Assembly (NCBI GenBank): GCA_904063045.1
Contig: CAJFCJ010000012.1
Location: forward strand, 1,302,001 to 1,366,000
Length of the DNA stretch: 64,000 nucleotides
Direction: 5' to 3'
From: Dimorphilus gyrociliatus
Taxonomy: Eukaryota > Animalia > Annelida
Shown: in pieces, positions 52,546 through 64,000 of the stretch
Position numbering within the stretch: the first letter of the stretch is position 1
How the letters are laid out: each line of letters opens with the position of its first letter
Translations under genes and position numbers: made by a program
Notes under the pieces: model-generated
Seen by the model: the letters and a program-made list of their open reading frames with translations, nothing else
Databases searched by the model: none
Told to the model about the DNA's origin: nothing

Positions 52546-54666
52546 TTAAGAACCTGTGGGCGTATGATTACAGAATACAAACAAATCAAAAAATTGTACT
52601 CTCATAAAGAGAGAATTTTTTTGAAAATTATAATGAAACATACCCTAAACTACTTTCTGCTAAAATCAGTGAAATTTCAGATTGAACGATTTTTAGGTTA
52701 GTAGATTGAAAAGAAAAACGAATTATGTTGATTGATTTACTATTTTGTCGTCTGCTCTTAAAAGTGGAGAAAGGACAGCAGTGAATATTTATGTCGTTTA
52801 GTACATCAGATGGCGTTGGAAATAAATCTTTAGATTTTTTTTGGCTCAAATCGATAAATCCTTTCATAATTAATCACTTATACCATTTATTCATAGTATA
52901 CTTGAATTAATGTATTACTCTATAGAACACTACGCGATAGTGAGTTTCAAACCAATAAATTATTTAAACGAAATTGTACGTTTCTAACAAAAAAAAGGGA
53001 AAAAAAAGATGCAGCATCTCCCATAATTTATGCGTCTGGTAAAATTCGTAACTATAGATATTTGTAGACCATAAAAAAATTGCCTGGTTTTAGATGCATC
53101 CAGCTGTTTGTGGTTATAAACATTGGGTCTATATTTATCATTAATAAATACAAATATATTGCCTATCAATACTTTTCACCAGGGTAAGCTTTGTTTACTG
53201 CCCGGTCGCCGCCCCCGAAACAGTGAACTTCCCATGACCCGTGCTGCCTTTGAACTGTTTATGCCGTTTCGCGAGAGGAAAAAAGAACTGGCAAGCTTTT
53301 TCTGCTTTTACAGTAAATTTTATATGAGATTGGAAAGAAGGGATTTGGAGAAAGATAAGAAAGGGAAGAGATATGTCCTTTATTCCAAGATAATTTTTTA
53401 TCTTGTATTCCCATAGAACAATGTAGAAATTTGATTTCTTATTCTTCTATTACAATTAAATATGGACAAGTAAAAAAGAACTTACACTTGAAGGTGAATG
53501 AGAAATTCATTCTTTCTAAATGTAGGCCAAACTAGGAAATTTTTTTGTAGGCTAGCATAGCAGAATCCCTTATTTCTTTCGTCTGATATATGGCATACAT
53601 GAATTTATTGGGTTACATATTAAAATATTATGTTCTACATAATAAGAACAATTTTACGCTTGATAAGATTCATAGATAAGATAGGAAGAGGATTTGCCAT
53701 TGAAAAAACTGCGTTAGAACAAAAGAAAACCATATCTATAGACTAATTTCTATATACTTATAACGTACATAAAGTCGTGTGTGTGTATGTATGTACGTGT
53801 ATGTTAGTGAGCAAACGTACGTATGTGGTTAGTGTGTACACACAGACACATACACACACTGTCTTGTATAACTTGTTAGATGCGGGGCAATGCGGGATAA
53901 GGACCATTCCCTTATATGCTTAACTCTATAGATAGTATTACTAAGTTGTCCTATATATACAACACACAAATACAACACACATACACACACATTCATCTAC
54001 AAACGCTCATACACATGACTTAATTAGATACAGTGAAATGAAATATATATATTCTAATCGATAAACGCGTAATATGTGCAGGAGAAAGGGATCGATTTTC
54101 CAGACAGATGCTAACGTTTTCAAATTCCATGTATACATCCTCTTTTCTTAGTTTTTAGTTAGAGATTTTATTGATTTTACAGCAATTTTATTCTTCTTTT
54201 AATACGGTAACGCCTGGAACGACCGTAATCTTTTTTTATTTATTCAGGCCTCTTTTCTTGAAGTGCTTTGCCTTTCGGCCTTCATTTTACCTCTTTTGCA
54301 GCTATAGCAAAAGCTGCAGCATTTTTTCTTCGCGTCTGCAATTAATAATGCAGCAGACTGCGGTATAAAACGAACTGTCCGCGTTCTTGGACAGCCAACA
54401 GTTCGCCCGGCGTCTGCCCTTTCCCTGCGTTCTAAAAGGCGGCTAATGTATGCAAGCCTCGCCTTTCTTTACCGGCGTTCAGTGCTGTTCAAAGTATAGC
54501 CAAACGGAAAATAACGATTTCGGCAGAGTATTCAATAATTTGGCCCATTTATGATGCCTGGACGATCGATTGTGAAAATACAGGTCGATCAGGGCCATAA
54601 AAGCTATGAACGAGTGTATGTAACAGAACTATGGCACGGTGACCGGGCATGGCACCCAAACATTTA

Positions 54667-54678
54667 TGCGCATGCGCA
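54667..54678. promoter_or_regulatory. NRF1-type palindrome TGCGCATGCGCA
   Basis: Exact 12-bp consensus in a GC-rich intergenic island between divergent MTMR9 and ZC2HC1A. Confidence 0.5.
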
Positions 54679-55610
54679 ATTCAAAACTATTCACAGACGC
54701 CACTCCGCATAATGTTGTCATGACTACTTCTTCGCGCATTTCACGTTTTAGACCGGCAGTCGACGCTTCTCGCTCGCCTCCCGGAAGACAAATCCTCCCG
54801 TCAGCAACTTTTCTACCAGGTTTTGACCGCCTACGGCCAGATCGATCAGCTTTCGCCTGTGTACCGAGTCCACTTTGTAAAGATGGTGAATGGTGTATTT
54901 TTAGAGGTTAGCATATTAAAACGTCCTTTGAGCGATCTTTTTGTAGAATTCGGGTGCTTTGCCACTATTTATTCGGTTTTACTAACTATATATGTGTAAT
55001 TGGAATACGCCCAATCAATATGATGCCTAGATGTAATTTTAGAGCGCGCGAATAAATTATTGGCATTGCAGTAAATCAATAAGAATACGCCAGTATACAT
55101 TAGCCTACCAACGACAGGTGGCGCGGAATGCAGGGCGGGTTGGAGGGTATCGCATTCCGAAAGCAGCACTACAATTGGATTGATCGTAAGCGACCTAAAG
55201 TTTTTTTTTAGCTTTTTCTTCATTTTTATTCTTATATTACAATAAATAAATTACCTTGACTTTCAAAGTCAAGTATATTAAGGATAAATAGGCCTGTTTA
55301 CTTTAGGTGACATTTTTCTCTATAGGAGAGATCTTTCAACAGATCGCTCAACAGACAGCCGGCAGACACGGTCTGTCTGGAACGCTTGGTATAGTAGCGT
55401 GTGTAGAAGGAAATCGAATAGTACGGAATAATTTAACGTTGATTTCTACGTCTAGACTCGTTTTCGTGGATTTGGTAACATTATTCAATTCCGCTTGATC
55501 TAATTTGAATTACGTAATTAAACATTAGCATTTTTACGCGTACGATAACCTTGTTCTCTTTCAGAAGCCTTCCACTTATCATTTGGAACAAGAATATCAG
55601 CCGTATAGGC

Positions 55611-55684
55611 GTGGAACGAATCAAGTGAGGTCAGTGATGTCTTGAGAAAATATCGAGGATATTCTGACTTCACTGAACCGTTAC
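55611..55684 (+). ncRNA. Candidate miRNA hairpin 1 (unassigned family)
   Basis: 5' arm TCAAGTGAGGTCAGTGATGTCTTGA pairs with TCGAGGATATTCTGACTTCACTGA; basal AACG/CGTT stem. Manual folding only. Confidence 0.5.
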
Positions 55685-55802
55685 CCGCCCTCTAATCCGG
55701 CTCACGCGAACGGAAGTGGTCTTTTTTCAACTCCCGCTCAACTTAGAGCAATTGCGTCATCAGGCCGGTGGGAAGGACAGAATTAATTATAATAAATTTA
55801 TA

Positions 55803-55882
55803 GAGCTTGGAGTATCAAGTGAGGTCAGTGCTGTTGAGAAATTCAGACAACGGCTTTGCTCTCTACTTGAAACTTCCAGTTC
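55803..55882 (+). ncRNA. Candidate miRNA hairpin 2 (paralog of hairpin 1)
   Basis: Shares the 17-nt 5' arm ATCAAGTGAGGTCAGTG; pairs with CAACGGCTTTGCTCTCTACTTGA; basal stem GAGCTTGGAG/CTTCCAGTTC of about 10 bp. Confidence 0.55.
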
Positions 55883-56579
55883 TTTCTTGCACTTAAACGC
55901 CTTCATGACAATGATAAGGCTATTAGTCATTATGTCCTCAATTAATCATCATATGAACAATGCCGGTTCATCATGTTCTGTCGTTCTCTTTATATATTTA
56001 TTTATATTTATCAGTCTTTACTAAATAAACGTTTTGAACGAGTTGAATCCTGTTTAAACGCCTCGGTATTAATCTCTAAAACCGTTTCCGCCTAATCGAA
56101 GAGGTGTGTTTGAACAAGTTCGAACGAACACGTTGCGGCTACTATGTGGCTACATATTTCTCGGTTTAAGTCTACATACGCTTAGATTGACCTTGAAACG
56201 CTTACTATTTCTCGATTTATCGTTTCCATCTGCCCAAGTTAACCTACTTTTATAAAGAGTGGGTTTTCTACTGACTTCGTAACCTAATTTTAATTGCCAA
56301 GCGGTATTAATAATATATACCATGAACAAACTCGCGTGCTTACTGGGTTAAAAAGTGGGGCGCATAATTTATTATAACTCTCTGTGAACTGCCGTGGAAC
56401 TGTGGCGCTCTAACGCCATCTGGATTTTGGAAATAATTAATTGCAATATTTTTACCCAAGAATGCCTTGTCAAATACTATTATTAGGTAACTGATTTGTA
56501 ATGACAGTTAAAACCCATAAAATAAATCTTTATTCGAGAAAATTAACTGCGGGTTGCTATTGAGAACGGAAATACAAAG

Positions 56580-58756
56580 ATGGACGACGACGGTATGAAA
56601 TTCCTTTGTTTTTTTATTCTATATTTCTGTATATTCAAATTAATCTTGCGATTTATTTTCAAAATATTCAAATGTTATGTAATATAAATCATCTCTCGTA
56701 ATCTCTTTAAAATTCCCTTTGTAACTGACCCTGTACGTAAAATGTTTACAGAATCCCCTGCCGAATTGGAATTAATACCATGTGACGTTTGTAGCAGAAA
56801 ATTTAATCCTGAAGTTCTAGTACGTAAATAAACTTATATTTTAGATCGTTTCTTCAGATTTCTTATTAAATAGTCCAGACACAAACCAATATGCGAGAAA
56901 AATGCAGCTAAGAAGCGTAAAGTGTTTGATTCTTCAAAACAAAGATCCGATGTTCTGGGACCATCAGCTCCTCCAGCAAGGAAACCAGAGAAAGAGAAGC
57001 CTGTAAGATATCATACAGCTCAATGAATTCCAAAACGGTATTCCTTATATTTTCCAGACACCAAAGAAAACTAATTGGCGACAAAAACATGAAAGCTTTC
57101 TCCAGTCTCTTAAGGCTGCAAGAGATGTTTCAGCCGCATTGAGCAGAGGTGAAAAAGTGCCACCACCTCCACCACCTGTTATCGATCCTGGTATAGTAAA
57201 CATTAACAATTATAGTCTGTGTACTTGATGTACTTGCTAATTTTACAGATTATGTTCAATGCGAATTCTGTCAGAGGAGGTTCAATGTACATGCAGCCGA
57301 ACGACATATTCCTTTTTGTAAAGAACAATCAATAAGGCAAAAGATAAAGAGCGCCGATGACAAGAAAGCAGCTTTGAATACACGAACAAAGGTGAAAACT
57401 AAATCTCATTAAAATTTTTTTATTAGGCCTTTCAAAGCTTAAGCAATTATTTTTTTCCCTAATAGTATCAACCCCCAAAACTAGGCAGTAAAAAAAGAGT
57501 GACATCTAATTCAAGAATTCCATCCGGACCAAGAACCGAAAATAATAATCCCAGCAATATGAAACGAACAACAGTTTTAGGCAATTCACCCACCGTTAAT
57601 CGTTATGCTAATGGGCAAACTTATGATGAAGACGTAAGGGTTTGATTAATTATATTGTAATTATAAACAGCTTAATAAAAACGTCACAGTTGTACTCTGA
57701 TAATCGACCAACCTCTGGGGACAGTAGGAGCTCATCTGGTCGACCTTTGAGAACTGGCAGAAATCCCGAAACTTATTCAAATGGGTAAGTAGTTCGAAAG
57801 ACTAAGTATATACATATTTTTTCTTTTCCTCGAACAACAAAACTAATTTCAGCATCGCTATTAGCCGTCAGCAAAAGAATGTGGGTTATTCAAAACCTAC
57901 TTCCCGCGGTCGTGGTCTAGCCAGCCCGTAAGTATTTTGGTGGTGAGCACCTGTCGAATGCCTTGCGATTTTATTCAGTGCGAAAAATTAGCTAAAAAGT
58001 TGATTTCCTTTCTGTTTTTTTTATACTTTTTTAAAATTTAGATCAATGAGAACGTCACTACTTCCCGTTCTCTCTTCGTGAGTCTTTTTATTTGAAGCAT
58101 GTTGCGGTGCGCTTATCTTTCAATCGCCAATTCTGGTTTTGCTCGTTTTAAAGATAGACCAATTTTTCACACCTCTCCTGCTGTCGTTTTATGTCTTGGC
58201 AGCGTTAGCTTTTCAAAGATATAACTTACAAAAAGTCTTTGTTGAAAGTGCTAGTTCCTTTTTAGACACACTTTAGTCTAAATTTTGAGTGAATTATAGT
58301 AATTCATCATGGATTTCTATGCACAACAAGAAATTTACGTTGTTTTCCATAAAGTGATTTCTTTTGTGTATTATCATTAAATTGTTATTTGACATTTAAT
58401 TTATGAAATCAGTGAGAAAAAAATGATCAGGAAGTTGTAAGTCTTAGCTTCAAGGAAGATTTTTGTTTGCTTTTTTTATAACCTATTTTATAGTTTGAAT
58501 AATCAAATACATGTAATTCCTTTTCTTTTTAGGTCAGGACGATCGAGGCCACCCGTAGGAAGGTACAACTATTTACTCTGTCTAATTTGTTCGTCTGTTA
58601 TTTACATCTTGACATGTTTTCAGCGGTTCACAGCATCAATCGAGTTCTGCAGGACCACCCGCTAAATTCTGCCATGATTGTGGAACAAAGTATGCAACGA
58701 CAACGGCCAAGTTTTGTGTTGAATGCGGAATCAGAAGAGTTTCCATTCCTACATAG
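56580..58756 (+). CDS. ZC2HC1A: Zinc finger C2HC domain-containing protein 1A (FAM164A)
   Basis: PCDVCSRKF...RHKPIC, NWRQKHESFL, PPPPPP, YVQCEFCQRRFNVHAAERHIPFC, and C-terminal KFCHDCGTKY...KFCVECG; several small exons in the middle may be alternative. Confidence 0.92.
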
Positions 58757-58970
58757 ACACTTAGATTGTTCATAAAAACTATTTACAATATATTGTAAAT
58801 ACTATAACTGTTATTAATATGCAAAGGGATACTCTGTACTCAAAACATCCTCGACAACATATCACTGAAAATTTTTAACGTTTTATTTTTTGTAAGCGTC
58901 AACTTGAAAAAATACACGATATCGTTGACTTTTAATTACAGGTCAAATCATTTAAATTTTTATAATTTGT

Positions 58971-59294
58971 CTATTCATCTTTTTTTTCATAGAAATGGGC
59001 GAATTCTTTCGGGTCTTTCCTTCCTAATCTTGTATGTTCTTTTTCACCCCAATCGTAAATCAAGTAGGCGGCAACAAATGCTGTATTATGTTTTAACAGT
59101 TATCGCATAAAATAAAGATTGATATGTTTATATATCTTACGGGGAACAACCCGAAATACTTGGGAGTACGTTCGTTTGAAGAAGTTTGGAATACCCTTGC
59201 TCAAAATTCCGCCAAAAGTCTTCTGTTCGAAGGGTGATATCGTGTACATTACAATTCCTCTCACTTTTACAAGCTCTCCAAAGCCCTTACCCAT
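58971..59294 (-). CDS. UQCRQ: Cytochrome b-c1 complex subunit 8
   Basis: MGKGFGELVKVRGIVMYTISPFEQK...QVFRVVP|PFVAAYLIYDWGEKEHTRLGRKDP; exons 59294-59141 and 59080-58971. Confidence 0.95.
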
Positions 59295-59604
59295 CTGCAA
59301 GGATACGAATTAAAAAATCTTAACGAAAGTTTCACGGTCATTTGGGTTATTCTACTATTTAACTCACAAACAAACATTTTTAGAAAAAATTACTCTATCT
59401 ATAGACTACAAATATTTCGCTTTTATTTGTCTTAAATTTTAATTGACAATCAAAGTTTATTTAACTATATATATACCTTGATCTTCTGTGTCCTATTCCA
59501 GAAAGAAGCAAATATAAACCAAGGATGGTAACTTGTAAGGTTCCCAACTATTGCTTTTTTTCTCTCTCTCTTTGAATAATATAGCTAAGGTATACAGTAA
59601 TAAA

Positions 59605-61621
59605 ATGGCGGCTGAATACTCTCAAAAAGTATTCTGTGGTTAGTCAGGAACCTGTACAATTCCATAAAATGCAAACTGAAAATAAGCAACAGAATACTGA
59701 TAATTAGGTTATATTTTAAATTTTTTGTCCAAATTACTCTTATGAGAGAAAAAACTTGAAAATATTAAGTATACATATCGACGATAAAAAAATAGCTTTA
59801 ATTGCCTCAGACAGTCAAGAAAAACTAAATTTTAATGCATTTAAATGATATTCTAAATGAATAAATGTGGCAATCTACCCTTATCAAACCATTTCATTAG
59901 TTATGAATAGCATTCGAACAATTTGCTGTTGTGTCAAGTATACCTTAAAAATAGAATTCAAACACAATTTAGTTGCATTGACTTAAATCTATAAAAGGTT
60001 TATACCCCTAACAAAGACATCTTGGGGGACTGTTTTCTTTATGTAATATAAAATATTTTTGTTACAGTTTGTCACTTATATTTTAGAAAGTGCATTTTAC
60101 TTTATAGTTTACTTTAAATTTAAAGGTATGTAATTTATCGGTTCTATTTATAAACAGTAAAAATTTACATATTTACTTTCTTCTTTCATAAAAATGAATG
60201 TAATTCTACTTTATATGAAATATAATATTTCAAATGCTTTATGAATACAACTACATGCAAAAATGTACTGCTATTTTACAATTTACATATCAATTGTAAT
60301 TAATAACAAGCTTTCTTTGAAGAGGGACAATTGTTCACCAGATGGCACTTGGAATCCCCTTTTGAATGCAAAGCCGAAGAATTAGGCAAAAAATGCAAGT
60401 CGATAAACAGCTTAATGAATGCATGAAAAGTGCCTCTCTTTGTAGACTTTCATGCAATAGGACAGACCTATTAACAGAGTCGTTAAATTGTTTGACATTC
60501 TATCGATTAGAGGAAGATGATGATGAAATGTGAGCGATAATACAACAATAAAAAGATTCTTTGTTTAAAAAAGTAGATAAATATGTTGCAGCCCATTATC
60601 TAAAACTGAAAACTTATCGAGTGGAGTAGTATTAAAAAGATGGCCAAATCATACAGAAATTACCATAAAATGTTCTCCTATTTGTCAGATTGAGGCAATT
60701 GATATTCTCTCTAGTCATATTTATTGTGAAGTATGATTCATTTCTACTTATTTCCTTTTTAGGAAAATGCAAAACAAAAATACAATACAAATCTCTAATT
60801 TCAATTAAATCTTCATAAAGATATTTGATCAAGAAGACTGCTATGTCACGACCGATACAGGAACAGAATTACAACAAGAAGGCAAATATCCATTATTTTT
60901 GAAACAGTATACTTTTCCAACTACTGTTCGAAACTGTCGAATTAAGGTAAACGTCAATAAAGAAGGCTTAAGAAAATATTACTAAAATAGTTGATATGGC
61001 GAGAAGTATACTACTTTGCTTGTTTTCAGCTAATAGAAAATGCCAAGCAGAATGATGGCGTGTGGATTCATTCTTTTCATTTAACCCTTGTGAAAATAGA
61101 TTCCCCTATTTCCCAAAACAAATCGATGCCGAATGTTCAAAACATTCTAGCAGACAATCAACAGCAATTGCAAGTAAATTAAAAAGTTATTGCATAATTT
61201 AAGAGATTGTTCTTAATTAGCTACTTTTTTCTTTATTTTTTCTACAGAATTTTATTGGAGTAAATGGAGATATAGGGCAATTGATTAATCAATTCCAGCA
61301 AATGATGTCCTCCAGCTCTAAGGAAAGTGATGAATCAATTAAGAAAACAGAGTAAGTTGTCTTTTCTCTCTTTGCTGCTTCTATATTAATCCTCTATATA
61401 GAGAGAAAAAAACTGATCACGAGGATGTTATTAATAAAACAAAAGCAGAAGAAAAGAATGTTGACAATATAATGGCTAGAATAGATGTATTAATGGAAGA
61501 GAAATTTAAAGTTTTCAGCGAACGTCTCGAAGATAGACTGTCTTCATTCGAAGATCATCTCGTTGCAAAATTGACTCAAGCTTTACATAATTCTAAGAGC
61601 AGCAATACTAAAGAGACCTAA
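59605..61621 (+). CDS. PAAT / C10orf88-like protein (5' exons uncertain)
   Basis: IEAIDILSSHIYCE|IFDQEDCYVTTDTG...NCRIK|L...VWIHSFHL resembles the C10orf88 N-terminal domain; C-terminal helix MEEKFKVFSERLEDRL. The start at 59605 (AAAATGGCGG) is tentative. Confidence 0.65.
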
Positions 61622-61806
61622 TGTATTTGCTTGCTTATGACAGTTCGTTTAGCATAGGAAGACAAACGACTCTCTAATGTGATCATCTACAGAAAAAAGT
61701 CGCGATCGTTGTTATTTTAGAGTGACTAGAAAGAAAATAATTGATTGTTTTCTAAGGTTGTTGTAACGATGTGTATATATTGTATTTAGATTGTTTTACT
61801 CAACAA

Positions 61807-64000
61807 CTAGCACTCAAGTATTCTTGGTTCAATCAATATTTCGTTGACTTCGGCTTGTTTCGGTTGGGAAGCAGCGTAAAAAACAGCGTTAGCTATATCC
61901 TCAGGCACAAGTACAATCTCACCTTTATCTTGCACATCAAATTTGTCACGTGCCTGGATGTCGGTACTGTGCCCTAGTAATTCGGTTTTAACATCCCCAG
62001 GTTGAATAGTAGTCACTTTAATACCCTCGGGAGATACTTCTTGCCGAAGGGCTTGAGATAGTCCCTCGACAAAGAATTTAGTCCCACTATAAACCGCTAA
62101 GCCAGGAAATCCCCTTCTTCCAGCATTAGACGTGATATTTATAATATGACCCTTCTTTGCTTTTATCATTAGAGGAAGAATGGGCTCCAAACAGTTTAAT
62201 ACTCCCTTACAATTAATATCTACTTGCTTGTTCCACTCTTCTACTCGAGGATTCTTCATCTCTCCGTAGAACATGACGCCAGCATTGTTGACTAGAACAT
62301 CTACTTCCCCTAGGCTAGTTCTAACATGATTAACTGCTTCTTTTACACTAGTTCTATCACAAACGTCGCATTCAATAGCGATAGCTGACCCTCCATTCTT
62401 TGAAATTTCACCTGCTATTATTTTTAGCTTGTCCACTCTTCTAGCAAGTAAGGCAACTCGCATTCCGTTCTCAGCTAGTTTCCTAGCAATTGCTTCTCCA
62501 ATACCACTGGATGCCCCAGTTACTACAGCAACCCGTTTATCTAAAATTCTCTCCACTGCAAAAATTATCGCAAATATTCCAATTAAGTAAAAAACAGAAG
62601 CAATAACACATTATAGAGGGTCTCAACTGACCTATGGTATTTTTCCTAACAGGTAATATAACACCTCTACTAGCCATTTTCGAAAAATATGTTTGTATAA
62701 GAGCGTGATCTAATTGTGGATAAGCTAAATCAAGCTCCCCTAGAATTTTCTCCGTTGACACGCGATTAAATATATTCTTGCACGTAAAAAATTCGTTCTT
62801 TCTATGGAATCAGGTGTATATGATGAGTAAAGTATCTAAGAGAAGTTGATATTTGATACAGTACTTAACTGCTCCATTGATAAGCCTCAATAAGCTGTTA
62901 CAGAACTCAAGAGATGAGTTCTCATTGAGCCTAATTTGAAAAAAAAAATTCGATTAATTTACCAGAAAGTGTATAGATTGAGAAATGGAAGAAAACGAAA
63001 GATATAACATGATAATTACAAGCTTTCCCATCTTTCAAAGGAGACGTATCGAATATTGTAGCCGTGGGATATAAGCCAATCAAATAACCATCTCGACTTA
63101 AGAGGATATGTTTGTATCAAATGAAGAACTTTCCCTAAACCCAATACCATTTGCTTTGTCAAATTGACAATAACCTTACTGGCAAAGTCAACTGGTGTCA
63201 TTTCAATTTCCCAATCGACATCGGGTGTTGCACCAACGCCAATGCAACATTGTAAATTCAATAAGTTAAAATCTTCGGGGTTCCAATATGCTTCTTTTGA
63301 GTCCCCGCTTAGATTTCCTTAGGAAAAATGTTAGAAATTGTAACACATACACATGTAACAATTTTTTTCATACCTAGTCTATAAATAGTAGCAGGTAGAC
63401 CTTTGTTCATAGCTCTTTTTACGAGTTGTTCTGCGACCCACTTAGTTTGGGAGTAACCTTCCGTTAACTGATCCGAAACTTGATTCATATCAGTATTTTC
63501 ATTGCAATCTCTCATGTCATGAGGAAACACGGCATTCGTACTATTTCGGAATTAGAATAAGATTACAAATTGAACTACAATCAATCTTAAGCTTTTACCT
63601 AATGTAGTGGAGTGGTTTAATCTTACTTGTACAGGAGAATGCTAAAATATTGCTTGTACCAAGAACGTTTGGGGCGTAAAGAGCCTATAAGTTTAATTAA
63701 ATAATCACTATTGAGAAGATAATTATCCTTATAGAAAATAGACATTACCCTATATGGATAAATAAGATTAACATAAGCTGCTGTGTGTATTATAAAACCA
63801 ATTTCGGCACACAAATAATTGTATTCATCTTCGTTAACGCCCAGTTTCATTAAGCTTATGTCACCTGTAGAATAATTGTATAGGTAAATGAAAAGATAAT
63901 GAAAGTTTAGTTTTTATGGACGGTAATTAAACACCTTTAACGGCGACGACCCGCTGCGAGAATTTAGCTTCGATTACAGTTTCTTCAGCTGTTGCATGCT
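61807..64000 (-). CDS. 3' part of an NRPS-like protein: thioester-reductase (R) domain fused to a classical SDR; 5' part lies beyond the window
   Basis: R domain: VVAVKG|D...IIHTAAYVNLIYPY, NVLGT, HYIS|T..VF, GYSQTKWVAE, PATIYRLG, TPVDF. A 76-nt phase-1 intron (62631-62556) joins it in frame to the SDR (TGASSGIG, NNAG, ITSNAG, YSGTK). Confidence 0.88.

Noticed and set aside
53776-53870. TG-rich then CA-rich tract forming an imperfect inverted repeat
   Set aside because: Explained by microsatellite decay; no transposon hallmarks.
54506-54561. GGAAAATAACGATT and GATGCCTGG resembling pieces of U12 snRNA
   Set aside because: Lacks the branch-pairing GTAAGGA and the 5' stem, and the spacing is far too short; an Rfam scan would settle it.
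54551-54911. Short ORFs in the GC-rich island
   Set aside because: No homology or coherent splice chain; open frames are expected from the higher GC.
55124-55159. CGGAATGC/GCATTCCG stem with a G-rich loop
   Set aside because: A single 8-bp stem, not distinguishable from chance without a folding test.
61807-62555. Intronless bacterial-looking SDR as possible contamination
   Set aside because: It is spliced in frame to intron-rich upstream exons and has host-like composition.

Overview
AT-rich, gene-dense eukaryotic DNA with very short GT-AG introns (mostly about 50-80 nt). The gene content (SREBP hosting miR-33, AMBRA1, MTMR9, ZC2HC1A, UQCRQ, protostome-type CTCF-like motifs) points to a compact invertebrate animal genome, probably lophotrochozoan/annelid-like; that assignment is inference. 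I assembled about 18 spliced genes by hand from the ORF track and splice signals, so exon borders are manual predictions. In order: a secreted choice-of-anchor-B/LVIVD propeller protein; a four-repeat protein of unknown function; a small basic orphan; a TIR + TMEM268-like membrane protein; PWP1; SREBP with intronic miR-33; VPS36; AMBRA1; a CRT-like transporter; a Ser-less alpha/beta-hydrolase; a GT10 fucosyltransferase; an LRR-ZU5 protein; two tandem glycosidase-like paralogs; MTMR9; ZC2HC1A; UQCRQ; a PAAT/C10orf88-like gene; and the 3' part of an NRPS-like thioester-reductase/SDR fusion. I saw no transposon, rRNA, tRNA or CRISPR array. The best candidates for new biology are: (1) a bacterial-type propeller apparently inserted inside a split spondin-type TSP1 domain; (2) a duplicated pair of miRNA-like hairpins I cannot assign to a family; (3) tandem secreted raffinose-synthase/GH36-like enzymes behind an E-box cluster; (4) a TIR-TMEM268 fusion with a U12-type intron; (5) an ATRR-like two-reductase NRPS-like gene in an animal.
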